Positions 1 to 11,340 of a stretch of 64,000 nt of DNA are shown piece after piece. The notes under the pieces are model-generated. The model saw only the letters and a list, made by a program, of their open reading frames with translations. It did no database searches and had not been told where the DNA came from. The stretch's first letter is position 1. Each line of letters starts with the position of its first letter. A program made the position numbers and the translations under genes. The stretch is taken from assembly GCF_001194135.2 (NCBI RefSeq), contig NC_068987.1:19343405-19407404 (forward strand). The letters run 5' to 3'. The stretch comes from Octopus bimaculoides. Taxonomy: Eukaryota.

Positions 1-568
1 AACCGAAACTGTCAAGCATGGACAAATATACACATTTTCTCCCACTGCCAACTATGAAGAGCACAGGGTTACATAATCAGGCTGTTACCTAATATCCTGT
101 TGAACCTCTAGTGCGAAACCAATTAGTTAAGTCAGTTGCAATGGATATATAGTACTGTAAACTTCAATTTATATATATATAACCTGTACTTCTAACAACG
201 TCATTTACTGCATTTCCTGCTCTTTCTGTCCTTCTCTGTACATTGGTCAAACTTGACTAACCGGTTTGTGGAGCACCTCCGAGACATTAGACTCAACAAT
301 GACATCCCGGTCTCGTGCCATTTCTGCTCTACCAGTCATTTATTACAACACCTGTCTGTTCGAATTGTCTTTGCACAGGGGCTATCTGGACTCCCGCTTT
401 TGCCATGAACAGGAATTAATCTTCTCTCTTCGCTCCTTTGTGCCACATGAGCTCAACTCCACTCTCCTCTTCATCTGACTCCCTCCTCTCCTCTCTTCAT
501 CTGACACCTACTTCCTCTCTTCACTCCTACCCACCTTCTCCCTCAATGACCAAAGGTGNNNNNNNNNN

Positions 569-617
<49 letters not shown>

Positions 618-810
618 TATATATATATAAGCCTGGTACTTATTCTATCATAGTCTTTTGCTGAGCTGCTAAGTTACGAGCATGTAAACAAACGGAAACT
701 GTTAAGCATGGACAAATACACACATTTTCTCCCACTGCCAACTATGAAGAGCACATGGTTACATAATCAGGCTGTTACCTAATATCCTGTTGAACCTCTA
801 GTGCGAAACC
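1..810. repeat. 120-bp direct duplication (1-120 and 691-810) on either side of a small N-gap
   Basis: The two copies differ at 4 of 120 positions and diverge after ...gtgcgaaacc; N-gap at 559-568 lies between them. Confidence 0.85.
182..478 (+). mobile_element. Penelope-like retroelement GIY-YIG endonuclease remnant (frameshifted)
   Basis: Manual translation across frameshifts: TCTSNNVIYCISCSFCPSLYIGQT / TNRFVEHLRDIRLNNDIPVSCHF / RFCHEQELIFSLRSFVPHELN. This matches the PLE GIY-YIG pattern C.S.NVIY.I.C..C..YIG.T...R..EH...E..LI..L...P..LN. Confidence 0.8.
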
Positions 811-1247
811 AGTTATGCATTAACATTAGGATTTGATTAGAGTTTCGTATTTTTTTCGATTAACGATGTAGAATATTGCAAATATTTTATCCTAATATTT
901 CCTTTTGTTAGCCAAATATTAATATCAAATAACAGGTTTGAAATCAGTATGATAGGGTTTACAAGAATGATCAAGATAGCAATATGTTATGAAATTAATA
1001 ACTTGAGAAATGAATGAAGTAACATTCCATAAAATGGGAAGTGAAGATGTCTAGCCTAGAGGATAGGGATGCTAAGCCCATGACCACGAGGTTGTAGGTT
1101 TCCATCATGGTTTGAACCAGTATACATGGAATGTCTGCTGTTGAAACATTTATCAAGCTATATCATGCCAATGTCGGATGGAATACCTTATAATATTTAT
1201 TCCCCCCCCTTGCCTTTTAAGTTCAAATCCTGCTACAGCCTACATTA

Positions 1248-1608
1248 TTGTTGTTGGCACTCCGTCGCTTACGACGTCAAAGGTTCCAATTGATCCGATC
1301 AACGGAACAGCCTGCTCGTGAAATTAACGTGCAAGTGGCTGAGCACTCCACAGACACATGTACCCTTAACGTAGTTCTCGGGGATATTCAGCATGACACA
1401 GTGTGACAAGGCTGACCCTTTGAGTTACAGGCACAACAGAAACAGGAAGTAAGAGTGAGAGAAAGTTGCGGTGAACCCCTGCCGAAGCCTCGTGGAGCTT
1501 TAAGTGTTTTCGCTCAATAAACATTCACAATGCCTGGTCTGGGAATCGAAACCGCGATCCTATGACCGCGAGTCTACTGCCCTAACCACTGGGCCATTGT
1601 GCCTCCAC
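1248..1608 (-). mobile_element. tRNA-headed SINE, family A (~370 bp, AAC tail)
   Basis: Minus-strand head with A-box-like TGGCCCAGTGG and B-box-like GGTTTCGATTCC; near-identical copies at 16771, 20932, 45440, 46803 and 58454. Confidence 0.85.
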
Positions 1609-2850
1609 AAGAGGAGTTAATTCATTGTCTGTTTTAACACCACTACCTAGCATCTTGGATGCCTACCTTTTAGATCATAATGTTTTTGAAAAAGCGAAAA
1701 CGAAACCTTCTGTAATTGTACAGGGTGCAGCAAAAAACCCATAGATTTTTTTGTCACTAATGATGTTAGGTAGGTAGTAACAGAATGGCACATTATATCC
1801 TTGAGCAAGGTACTTTATTTCTTATTGCTCCAGTCTACTCAGCTGTAATAAATACCAGTTGAGTGGTAACCCTGCCCACACAGACACACACACTCTCTCT
1901 TCAGCTATCTTTTCCTGGCTGTTCCAGTGCTGAAGCAGATGGGGCTGAGAGAGTGTCTATGTCTGCTTGCAACTACAAAGGCACCTAAAAGCAATTAATG
2001 AAAGCATGACATATGTTACTGATTTTTTTTTTTTTTTAGAATTGGCAGAGGTTTTAGAAAATAACATTTGTCCAAGATGACAAGTGACTGAAACTTCTGG
2101 CAATTTGCTGTGCTTGAGAAGATATGACAAGCTAAGTGTGACATCATAGTCATGGCCAGTACTGGCAACATGAAAAAGGCATCCGTGCCAGTGACATGTA
2201 GAAGACATCCAGTACAGTCTGTGGAGTGGTTGGCATTAGGAAGGGCATCCAGCCATAGAAACCAAGTCAAAACAGACTGGATCCTGGTGCAGCTCTCTGA
2301 CTTACCAGCTCCAGTCAATCTGTTGATCAAACCCAGAAGCTTATGGTTGCAAATTGAACCGTTTAAGTAATGCAGTTAAAGAGACAACAACAAAAGTGAT
2401 GCTAGCAGTGATACGAAGTTTACCATTGTTGTTGTTGGTGGTGGTGGTGGTGGTGATGGTAATGATGTTATGACAGTTCTTGTCAGTGACGTTTATAGTT
2501 GTGATTGCTTTGCTGATACTTAAATTTGTTGTTGATCAGAGAGACTGCAAGTGAAATGTTGTGAATAACACCAAGTAGTGGTGATAGTGGAGCAGTGTTG
2601 TTGACATGTGTATTTAGCAGTTAAAGAGCAATTTCGCTTGTTTATCATTATCCAAAGAAAATAAAAGGTGAAAAACACAAGAATTGGAAGACAAAAAAGA
2701 GAAGACAGAACAGTGGTACACAGTTTAATGTGTTTGTAACATGTTAACCTTGAAAGCTCTGAACTACTAACAACTTTATTCATTGTAAAAATAAAGGTCA
2801 ATACATTTAGGAATCAACAAATGTCAACAAAAGTATTTAATTTTATCAAT

Positions 2851-3252
2851 AGGTGCAGGCATGGCTGTGTAGTAAGAAGTTTGCCTCCCAATCTCATGGT
2901 TCGAGGTTCAGTCCCACTGCATGGCACCTTGAGCAAGTGTCTTCTACTATAGCCTCAGGCTGACCAAAGCCTTGTGAGTGGATTTGGAAGGCAGAAAATG
3001 AAAGAAGCCTGTTGTGTGTGTGTGTGTGTGTGCGTGTGTGACTCATTGTCCCCCTCCCACCCACCATTTGAGAACTGGTGTTGGTATGTTTACATCCCCA
3101 TAACTTAGCAGTGCAACATATGAAACTGATAGAATAAGTACCAGGCTTACAAAAAAGTACTGAGATTGATATGTTTGACTAAAATTCTTCAAAGCAATGC
3201 ACCAGCATGGCCACAGTCAAATGACTGAAACAAGTAAAAGAAGAAAAGAATA
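2851..3252 (+). mobile_element. tRNA-headed SINE, family B (internal TA/TG microsatellite), diverged copy
   Basis: ggctgtgtagtaag...caccttgagcaagtgtcttctactatagcc...(tg)n...gactgaaacaagtaaaag; matches more than ten other copies in the window. Confidence 0.8.
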
Positions 3253-3417
3253 AAAGAATGTCCAACATGAAGCAATAATGGTAAAAAAATTGTTATTTTT
3301 AATTTTAAAATATCCTGTAAAATATAATAGCATTGGTTCTGATTGGTCAAATCAGTACACCTTAAAGAATTGTTTGTTATCTCAACAAATGGAAATGAAG
3401 TTTATGAATCCATATAC

Positions 3418-3538
3418 CTAAATATGTGTCCCATTTCCTCTTCACTTTGTCTATACATGTCAAGCCAAATAGAATTTTTATTTGTACTGGAATCCAAAAG
3501 TATTCTAGTGATATGAATAGTATTGAAAGGTTTTGTAC
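3418..3538 (-). CDS. Candidate internal exon of an unidentified gene (TKPFNTIHITRILLDSSTNKNSIWLDMYRQSEEEMGHIF)
   Basis: Acceptor tttcactgtttcag|GT and donor AG|gtatat enclose an open 121-nt frame (phase 1 to 2); no family recognised. Confidence 0.3.
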
Positions 3539-3789
3539 CTGAAACAGTGAAAGTTTTCTATTAAGCATTGGGCTTCTCAGAACTGAAGGCATTCATCTGG
3601 ACAATTTTTGTCTGCATTCATTAAAATAATATATTGTATTTAACATGAAATAGTCTGTATGAACACCAGTAATCACACAGAGCTTGTAATCAGAACCAGA
3701 ATCCATATAAAGGTGCGAGTAGATAAGTATTATTTTTTTTCACAATTAAAGACAGGGACAGTGCCTATGATTTTTTTAATAAACCCCAC

Positions 3790-3829
3790 CAGACTGAGGA
3801 GATTGATGTGACATGTCCAGCTTGAACAT
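3790..3829 (-). CDS. Candidate 40-nt exon (MFKLDMSHQSPQS-G), phase-compatible with the 3418-3538 candidate
   Basis: Strong acceptor ttcttgctcatttttcttacag|, weak donor G|gtgggg. Confidence 0.2.
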
Positions 3830-4802
3830 CTGTAAGAAAAATGAGCAAGAAAGGAACCAGAATCCAGGTGCAGACACTTGTAAGAGTAAACTCTATTTGT
3901 TAAAGGTACTTGACCTGGTTTGATGTTAAATAACGAAGTGACTCTTCCAGTCCCAAATGAAATATTAAATTCAAACAAGCTGTTTGTTAAAGTGAAGGCA
4001 TGTGACCTGGTGATTAGGATGTTGCACTCACAATCATAAGGTTGTGGTTTCAATTGTCAGACCAGGTAGTGCACTGTGCTCTTGAGCAAAGCACTTATTT
4101 CATGTTACTCCAGTCTGCTTAGTTGTAAATGAGTTCCAGCAATAGCTGGGAAGTTAACCCTACAACAGACTAGCATCCTATCCAGTAGAGAATGCTGGAA
4201 TGTTAGTCACTTATACACTATAGAAACTGAGTTAGATTACAGCCTTATTAGGACTACAGCTCATGACAGACCTTAGCCCTATTTGTCAAATGAAAAACAA
4301 GAGAATTTGTATTTTTATTCCCTCTTCCATACCACTGACTAGTCTTTAGTTTCCAGTTGGACCCATTTTTCTTACACCACTGATGCATGTGGGAAATTCA
4401 TAGGCATTACAATAGTCAATCTTCTCTCCTAAATCTCAGACATCATGACTGAGAGTTGTTCAACTATGGGCAACAACTGGACAAATAAGGCTTGCCAGGC
4501 TCGGAAAATTTTAATTTAAACAAGAAGTGTGTATCATAGGGGTAGAGGTGGTTTCAGGCAAGATGGTATAAAAAGGGTCACCATCACCCATTTAGGGTTA
4601 TGGCCACAGATCTTATATACCTTTACTATAATGCTAAATGGGCATGGGACATATCTTTTCTTAGACGAGACTTTAGTCTTTTATAGATATGTTACTCAGA
4701 AACTTCTCTAGAAGAACTTCAAGCTTGAGGAAATGAAACTCCAAGCTGCATCACTAAGCTATTTCAATCTTCCACTCAGCAATCACACATTCCATTAGTT
4801 TA

Positions 4803-5193
4803 CAGGAGCAGCTGTGTGGTAAGTAGCTTGCTTACCAACCACATGGTCCCGGGTTCAGTCCCACTGCGTGGCACCTTGGGCAAGTGTCTTCTACTATAGC
4901 CTCGGGCCGACCAAAGCCTTGTGAGTGGATTAGGTAGACGGAAACTGGAAAAAGCCTGTCATATATGTATATATATGTATGTGTGTGTATATGTTTGTGT
5001 TTGTTTGTTCCCCCAGCATCGCTTGACAACCGATGCTGGTGTGTTTGTATCCCCATAATTTAGCGGTTCAGCAAAAGAGACCGATAGAATAAGTACTAGG
5101 CTTACGAAGAATAAGCTTTGGGGTTGATGCGCTCGGCTATAAAGGCGGTGCTCCAGCATGGCCGAAGTCAAATGACTGAAACAAGTAAAAGAG
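4803..5193 (+). mobile_element. SINE family B
   Basis: Full-length match to the family B consensus seen elsewhere in the window. Confidence 0.85.
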
Positions 5194-7440
5194 TAGCCAC
5201 CACCTTATTCTATTTGTTTAACTGTCTAGATTTTCAAGCTTATCAGGGACACTATTTTGCTATGAATTATTTTATTGGTGCTGTTATTGGTACATACTAT
5301 CATTCAACCTGTCAACTACCAGATAAAAAGAATGGATTTGGCCGCTTGTGTGTTTACTGCTCTTCCAACATAACCATAAATTTGTTCTCTAGAGACACTG
5401 ATCAAACTAAAAATGACACAGACTAACAAACTACGGTGTCGAAAAACTGTTATTGTTAATACAGCCTCAGATCATACATACCAATGATCACAAGCATTCC
5501 AGCTATGACAGTCTTATCTTTTTGTATATAAGAGTCTACTCCAATACTCACTTTCTTTAAGATGTTAGGATGTAAGTAGAGGTATATTTAGCTATTTCTA
5601 GTAGGTTGAGAAACAAAGGAAGACTACCTCATCAGGTTATAAAAAAAAATATAGAACATTTTATCACTTCATAAATTTGCACATCATCTTTACAATTTGG
5701 TGTTTAATACACACACAAGATACTTCTCAACTCCAGTTAAACTGATCTTTTATTTATCACAAAAGGATCTAATGATTAATTTAATCATGGCAAGATTTGA
5801 ACTTATTACCAACACATTTCATTTCTGGGGCTACTACTTCTATACCAACTCAAATCAGTTAAACTGACAGTTGTATCTTATTCATTTCTATGGTTGTTCC
5901 TTGTGTTATTATCATAGTCTATTCACCTTGCTGCTACTAAATGATTTAAATACTTCTAAACATCTTGTTGTGTACATGGACCAAATACAAACTGTGTTAC
6001 TAGTTCTCTGCAGTATTGTTATTGTTTAGACTCAGCTTAGCTCTGATTGAGAAGTCCCATGATCAAAGGCATTTCAACTGTAACCATCCCATTTTATTGA
6101 GCTGACTGTTATTTCTAGCTAGTTGTGCAATCATGTAAAGGCATCTTAGTTGACTCAGCACAAATCTATAAGCAATGTGTGAGAAAAACTAGACTGATAT
6201 AAAAAGCTCTGTAGTAGAAGCAAGAACGCTTGCGAACTTTAGCTGCCAACATTGTAGCTGTTTACTTTTGACTGCCCATTTTGCTTCATCATGTGATGGT
6301 CAGATCCATTTAGTTTTACTTGAACCGCCCACATCTTTAATGTGATGGACTAGCCTTGCATCTGTTTGTCAGTTATAAAATGGGAAGTTCTGGCTCATTA
6401 AGTCCCCAGGGAGGAGAGTTTTGCTATGAGCAACCAGGGACTTTGACGTGCAAACAATTTTGATTTCACTTGGCAGTTTTCAGTTTGAACAGATTTCAAG
6501 CCAGAATCTTCAAAGCTATGCTTAGCATTCTACCAATCTTTGAATAGAAGTAACCAGAATAATTGTGATACTGTATTTTAGGTTTTTCTTTAATCTCTAT
6601 TCTACAATTTGATAAACATTTAAATATATATTAAGTTTTAACAACTGAAATATCTTACCAATTTGCTTTATTATAAATTTTTGCAGTTGTAATAAAATGT
6701 TTCCTTGTGGTTTATTGTAATTTGTCTCTGAATTCATTTATTATTATCCATCTTGAATTCATTTAAACAGACCTTACTGCAATTCATACATCCACATACA
6801 TACTGCTTCAGTTCTTAGAACATCCTGTGAAGTAGTTAACACCAAGAAAGGCATCCAGCCATAGAGAGCATGGCAAAGCAGACATGTGAGCACAATGCTG
6901 TCCTCAGACCTGTCAAACAGTCCAACCCACCCCAGCATGGAAGACGGGAGTTAGCAGTTAGATGATGATGATGATATGAATTTGTAGATTTTTATGTTAT
7001 GCAGCATTTGAAAACTGGCCATAATGAAATACCCAAAGACCATCACAGGGGTTCCGGTGATAGAGAGACATGACATAATAGGCAATCCCTCTCTATTTTA
7101 GTTAAACAGAACATATATAATAATTTGTTGGTGGAATAATGTTTCATGGTCATCACTAATGTTGTTCAGAACCAGATCAAACAAATCTATGGTTAAAGAC
7201 ATTCTGTAATTTAAGAGATTTGGTTCCAAGTTCAAGCAGGTCGATCTACCATGTAAAGACATCCTTGTTGGCTTGAGGTAATTGTCATTAGATTTCAGAG
7301 GTTTAACTGAAGAAATGTGTTAGCATTTACAAAAGCAAATGATCAAAGTTACATGAAAAAGCAAATCAGCAGAATTCAAGTGGAGATGTCAAATGCCTAG
7401 TCCATCCAGAAAAAAAGGAAAGTGTTTGGGTTGGCCGGGA

Positions 7441-7947
7441 AATTTTTTTTCCACGAGAGTTCCGGACCCCAGTAACGAACTCATTTGTACACAGCCAATC
7501 AGAGCTCGCCTTGATCTTGTTGTCAAGTTAACAAACACACCCTTCCAAGTAAACCCAAGACGAAGAACTGTTGTAAGTCGACCGATCGCCAAGTTATGCC
7601 TGTTTTAGGAGACAAGTAATTAGATAAATTTGCATCTATACCTATTATAGGATTTTGTTATGGTAAAGATGTAGTGACGAAAACTGTAGGTAGAGGGTGA
7701 TGTGCTAGCAACCCTCTCCCTTTACAATTTTACAAAGTAAACAACACAAATAACTACGCTGAGGCAGACATGATTAAAACAAGAACAACAAGCATTCTTA
7801 AAAGAGAAAAGAAGCATGGTCATTCCTTATCCAAGTGACCTTATCTTATCGTCCATCACTTGTTATGCGCTGATTGGCTGTATGCAAATGAGTTCATAAC
7901 TGGGGTCCGGAACTCTCGTGGGAAAAAAATTCGTGGGCTGGCCTGTG
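7441..7947. mobile_element. ~500-bp non-autonomous DNA element with ~62-bp inverted arms
   Basis: 7441-7502 (aattttttttccacgagagttccggaccccagtaacgaactcatttgtacacagccaatcag) is a close reverse complement of 7870-7931; the right end reads CACAGGCC inward. Confidence 0.7.
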
Positions 7948-8479
7948 AATAGGAGTATAAGTTAGTATAACTTATACTACTTAGAGCATAAGTGGAGGGC
8001 AGGGTTGTAATTAAAAATTGGGACCAGTTTGGCTTTCATGCATTATCGAAATAAGTGATGGCTTCAAACGGGTAAGTCATGCATATACACCCCTTTATAT
8101 ATACATTTCTTATTTTATTATTTCCCCCTCCCCTAAAACAGTCTTCGTATTTATGTTTTGAACATCGGAGATTCCGATAATTCAGAAAAACCTAATTTTA
8201 ATTACATGGCTTTCTTCATTTAATAATTATACTACCACTAAGATACTGATCCTAGTGTATTCTTCGATATTTTATGAATATATTTTCACCAAATATCACA
8301 GAAAGATCATATTTAACAATAAAAGAAGTTTTGTATACAAATATTAGTCAATAAAAAAAAACAGTTTTAGGAAAAACAACAATAACAATAATGTAAACAA
8401 AAACTAATAATGATGAGCAGCGAAATTTAATACCTTTCCTTCTCTCATAAATTGTTTATAAATAATGGAATATGGGTGT

Positions 8480-9430
8480 TTATAAGAAGAATTTACGCCT
8501 ACTAGTTTCCATTTCATGTCTTTTATGGAACCATTCGTACTCTCCGTAACGAGAGTCAAAGACTCCTTTCTGAAGGGATCTCATCTTCAGAGTGAAGCGA
8601 GGCCCAAGTTCTGCAAGTCCAACTCGTTTCTCATTTCTGAACACATAACGATGGTGTCTGAAAAATATGAAGTCTCTCTGGTTGTGGAACGTAACCACAC
8701 GCCGTCCGCGAAACTGTGGATCGAGTGGGAACAATGCACCCAACATACGTCCAACGGTGTGTCCCAAACGGGTGTTGAAATTGTTAAGTATCAACTCGGG
8801 TCTGTGTTCCGTGGGAGAATCACATTTACGTATTTCGTTTCGTAGTTTTACGTTACTCACTTTAAAATGAATGGTCGGTCCCTCTGGCAGGTGAATCAGT
8901 AGCATTCCATTAGGCTTTTTGTTGTTCTCGTTTACAATAATGATGTCGGTGAATTCTTTCTCGATCGCTTGAGGCACGATCTTCTTTATGGGTAAGGTTC
9001 TCCGGTGATAATAAGTCGCATTTGGAAAGACAGTTGCAAGTTCTTTACAAAAATGGTAAGTCCGTAGTTTGGATCGGCATGAAGTCGTGATCAATATTTT
9101 GGGTATTGTCTCGCGTTTGAAATGGGCTGCCATTTCATCCACAGATTCGTCTATTTCAACTTCTTCATCCTTCTGTGAGATGAGTGTTTCATCGGCCACT
9201 CGCAGTTTCTCAATAGTTTTCGGTTCTTGCTTTGGGGGAACGGGCAAGCCTTTCTTTATCCTCATCTTCCGCTCTTTCCTTTTAGCCATTTCGATCTTCT
9301 TTTTCTCTTGAAGCATTTTTCTAAACATCTGAGACCGTAAGATCTTATTCTTAACCCGTTTGTAATTGGGTACAGGGAGAACAGCTTCATTTTTGACCTC
9401 CGAAGGACCAGGAGTAGCTTTATCCGCCAT
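8480..9430 (-). CDS. RPF1: Ribosome production factor 1 (Brix domain, 60S biogenesis), single coding exon, 316 aa
   Basis: Intact ORF from ATG 9430 (MADKATPG...) with Lys-rich N-terminus, PKILITTS, FHNQRDFIFFRHHRY, sigma70-like ELGPRFTLK, and C-terminal EYEW...METSRRKFFL, all typical of Rpf1. Confidence 0.95.
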   Translation of the reverse strand: MADKATPGPSEVKNEAVLPVPNYKRVKNKILRSQMFRKMLQEKKKIEMAKRKERKMRIKKGLPVPPKQEPKTIEKLRVADETLISQKDEEVEIDESVDEMAAHFKRETIPKILITTSCRSKLRTYHFCKELATVFPNATYYHRRTLPIKKIVPQAIEKEFTDIIIVNENNKKPNGMLLIHLPEGPTIHFKVSNVKLRNEIRKCDSPTEHRPELILNNFNTRLGHTVGRMLGALFPLDPQFRGRRVVTFHNQRDFIFFRHHRYVFRNEKRVGLAELGPRFTLKMRSLQKGVFDSRYGEYEWFHKRHEMETSRRKFFL

Positions 9431-9441
9431 TATTATTTCCG

Positions 9442-9447
9442 CACGTG
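9442..9447. promoter_or_regulatory. Canonical E-box CACGTG 12 bp upstream of the RPF1 ATG
   Basis: gCACGTGg at 9441-9448 in a CpG-rich 5' region. Confidence 0.45.
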
Positions 9448-9815
9448 GCTGAAATGAGCAAAACGCAAGGGAGATCACTCAGTTTAATTCCACAATTCAA
9501 TCGGTGCTTATAAATCTTATTCCGTTAGGGCGAAACGAAATTTGATGTTGAGGGTAAAATCTCTCCTAAGCGAGAAAAGATTTTAGAAGCAATATATTCT
9601 AAGTTAATTTCCATAATATTTGAAAGTACAGTTTTGATTAACTGGCAGGATTTCAAAAGAATTTTTGGTTAATATAAAGATTGACTTCCGTTAACGCACA
9701 CACACGCAAAAAAAACAAAAAAACCCCAGCCTGCTAAGTATTAAAAACTGTGTAGAAAACTAATATGGCAAAACATTTTGCACAAACGAACGTGGGGTGG
9801 GTGGTGAGAGTACTT

Positions 9816-10014
9816 TCGGAAAATTCACAAGATCCGATTTTTTCCCTCATAACTTTGAGGAAAATGGATATGTATTGATGAAATTTTATAGAAATACCGT
9901 TCAAATGGCACAAATTACGATTATAAGATATTTCTGGGGAAATTTTTTCGAAAGGGTGGGGAGAGGACTGTCGGAAAGTTCACATGATCCGTTTTTTTCC
10001 CCCCTCATAACTTT
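9816..10014. repeat. ~41-bp direct repeat pair upstream of RPF1 (probably a DNA-transposon subterminal repeat)
   Basis: tcggaaaattcacaagatccgattt..ccctcataacttt (9816-9856) versus tcggaaagttcacatgatccgttt..ccctcataacttt (9971-10014). Confidence 0.6.
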
Positions 10015-10689
10015 CAGGATCTAGTTTAGCGCCCAGTCACCGGATTCCTATATTTTCCATGACGGTAATTCCGAATATGTACAAAAAAAAACACGTTTCA
10101 AAATTTTTAATTCCATCCCCACCACCAAATTAAACATTTTTTTTTTCTCGGCATTTGTCAATCTACGTGGAAAAATACGGAGATTAAGAATATGGTGGGT
10201 GGGTGGGGGACATTTTAATTTCAAATTTTTAACGGAAAACTCCAAAATTGATCAACCCCTCCCACCTCGTCACCCCCATCCTGCTGCCTAAAAGTGAAAA
10301 TGAACGGCTGTTTTGTCCGTTTCTGTATGCCTAGATTTATAGTGAAACAGCAATAGTATCAGAGCATGTGAAGCCCTCGCCACGAAACCCGATATGCTAA
10401 AAATAGCAGCTAAATGCCTGGAGAACTTTCGTGTTTGTGTTTGCATGTATGCAACAATTTCTACAGCTTATTCGAATGAACAGTGAAAGAAGTACAAAAA
10501 ATATATTTTACATACCTGTCGTATACATTGGGTATTTTTTTTTTGCTTTAAAGATAAACGATTCTGATAGAAGCAATTACCTTATTGTCAATTCATTGGA
10601 GTAACCCCAGCAAAGTACTACAAGTTTAGTCACTGGCTCAGCACCCATGTCTGTCTTCTTCATTCCAAAATAATAAAAACTTAAACATA

Positions 10690-10850
10690 ATGGCTGTGTG
10701 GTAAGAAGCATGCTTCCCAACCACATGGTTCCGGGTTCAGTCCCACTGTGTGGCACCCTGGGCAAGTATCTTCCACTATAGCCTAGGGCTGACAAAAGCC
10801 TTGTGAGCAGATTTGGTAGACAGAAACTGAAAGAAGCCTGTTGTGTATAA
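10690..10850 (+). mobile_element. SINE family B, 5' half
   Basis: tggctgtgtggtaagaag...ggaaactgaaagaagcc-like segment, truncated at the microsatellite. Confidence 0.8.
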
Positions 10851-10884
10851 TTAATAGCCACCACTGATTTTTGGAAAGACTTTT

Positions 10885-11340
10885 AATATATGGGTTGGTA
10901 AAAAATGTCCTGAGTGTTTTTTAAGAAAAATTCACTTAGATAGTTGTACATACCTTTACTCAACCACATACTTTCCATCTTGTTCCACTACCTTTCACCA
11001 TCTTTGAGGCAGCTTCATGATTCCATCCTCCCAGAACTTGGTATCTTTCTGGGTCATGAACTCTTTCAAAGAATCAAAGTTCTTCCCATTAAGAGAATTT
11101 TGGAAGGATCAGAATAAATGATAATCCAAAGGTGAAGGTCAGGTGAGTACAGTGGGTGGGATAGGACATCCCACCCAAGCTGCAGCAATTTCTGTCTGGT
11201 CTGCAAAGAAATGTGTGGTCTAGCATTGTCCTGGTTTAAGACATCTTTTCAGTTGGCCAACTCTGGACATTTTTCATCAATTGCCTCCTTTAATCCGTCT
11301 ATAAACGATGGAGGCATGAAAAGGCATCACTTCGCAAGAA
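10885..11340 (-). mobile_element. Degenerate mariner (DD34D) transposase, 3' portion
   Basis: Translation QDNARPHISLQTRQKLLQLGWDVLSHPLYSPDL/APLDYHLF*SFQNSLNGKNF...WEDGIMKLPQRW*KVVEQDGKYVVE*; 34 residues between the last two Asp; stops and a frameshift. Confidence 0.9.

Noticed and set aside
1560-1608. tRNA-like sequences at SINE heads
   Set aside because: A/B boxes only, no full cloverleaf, and each is fused to a SINE body.
9431-9478. N-terminal extension MISLAFCSFQPRAEII of the RPF1 ORF in the track
   Set aside because: It starts at a non-ATG codon and overlaps an acceptor-like tract; the first ATG is at 9430.
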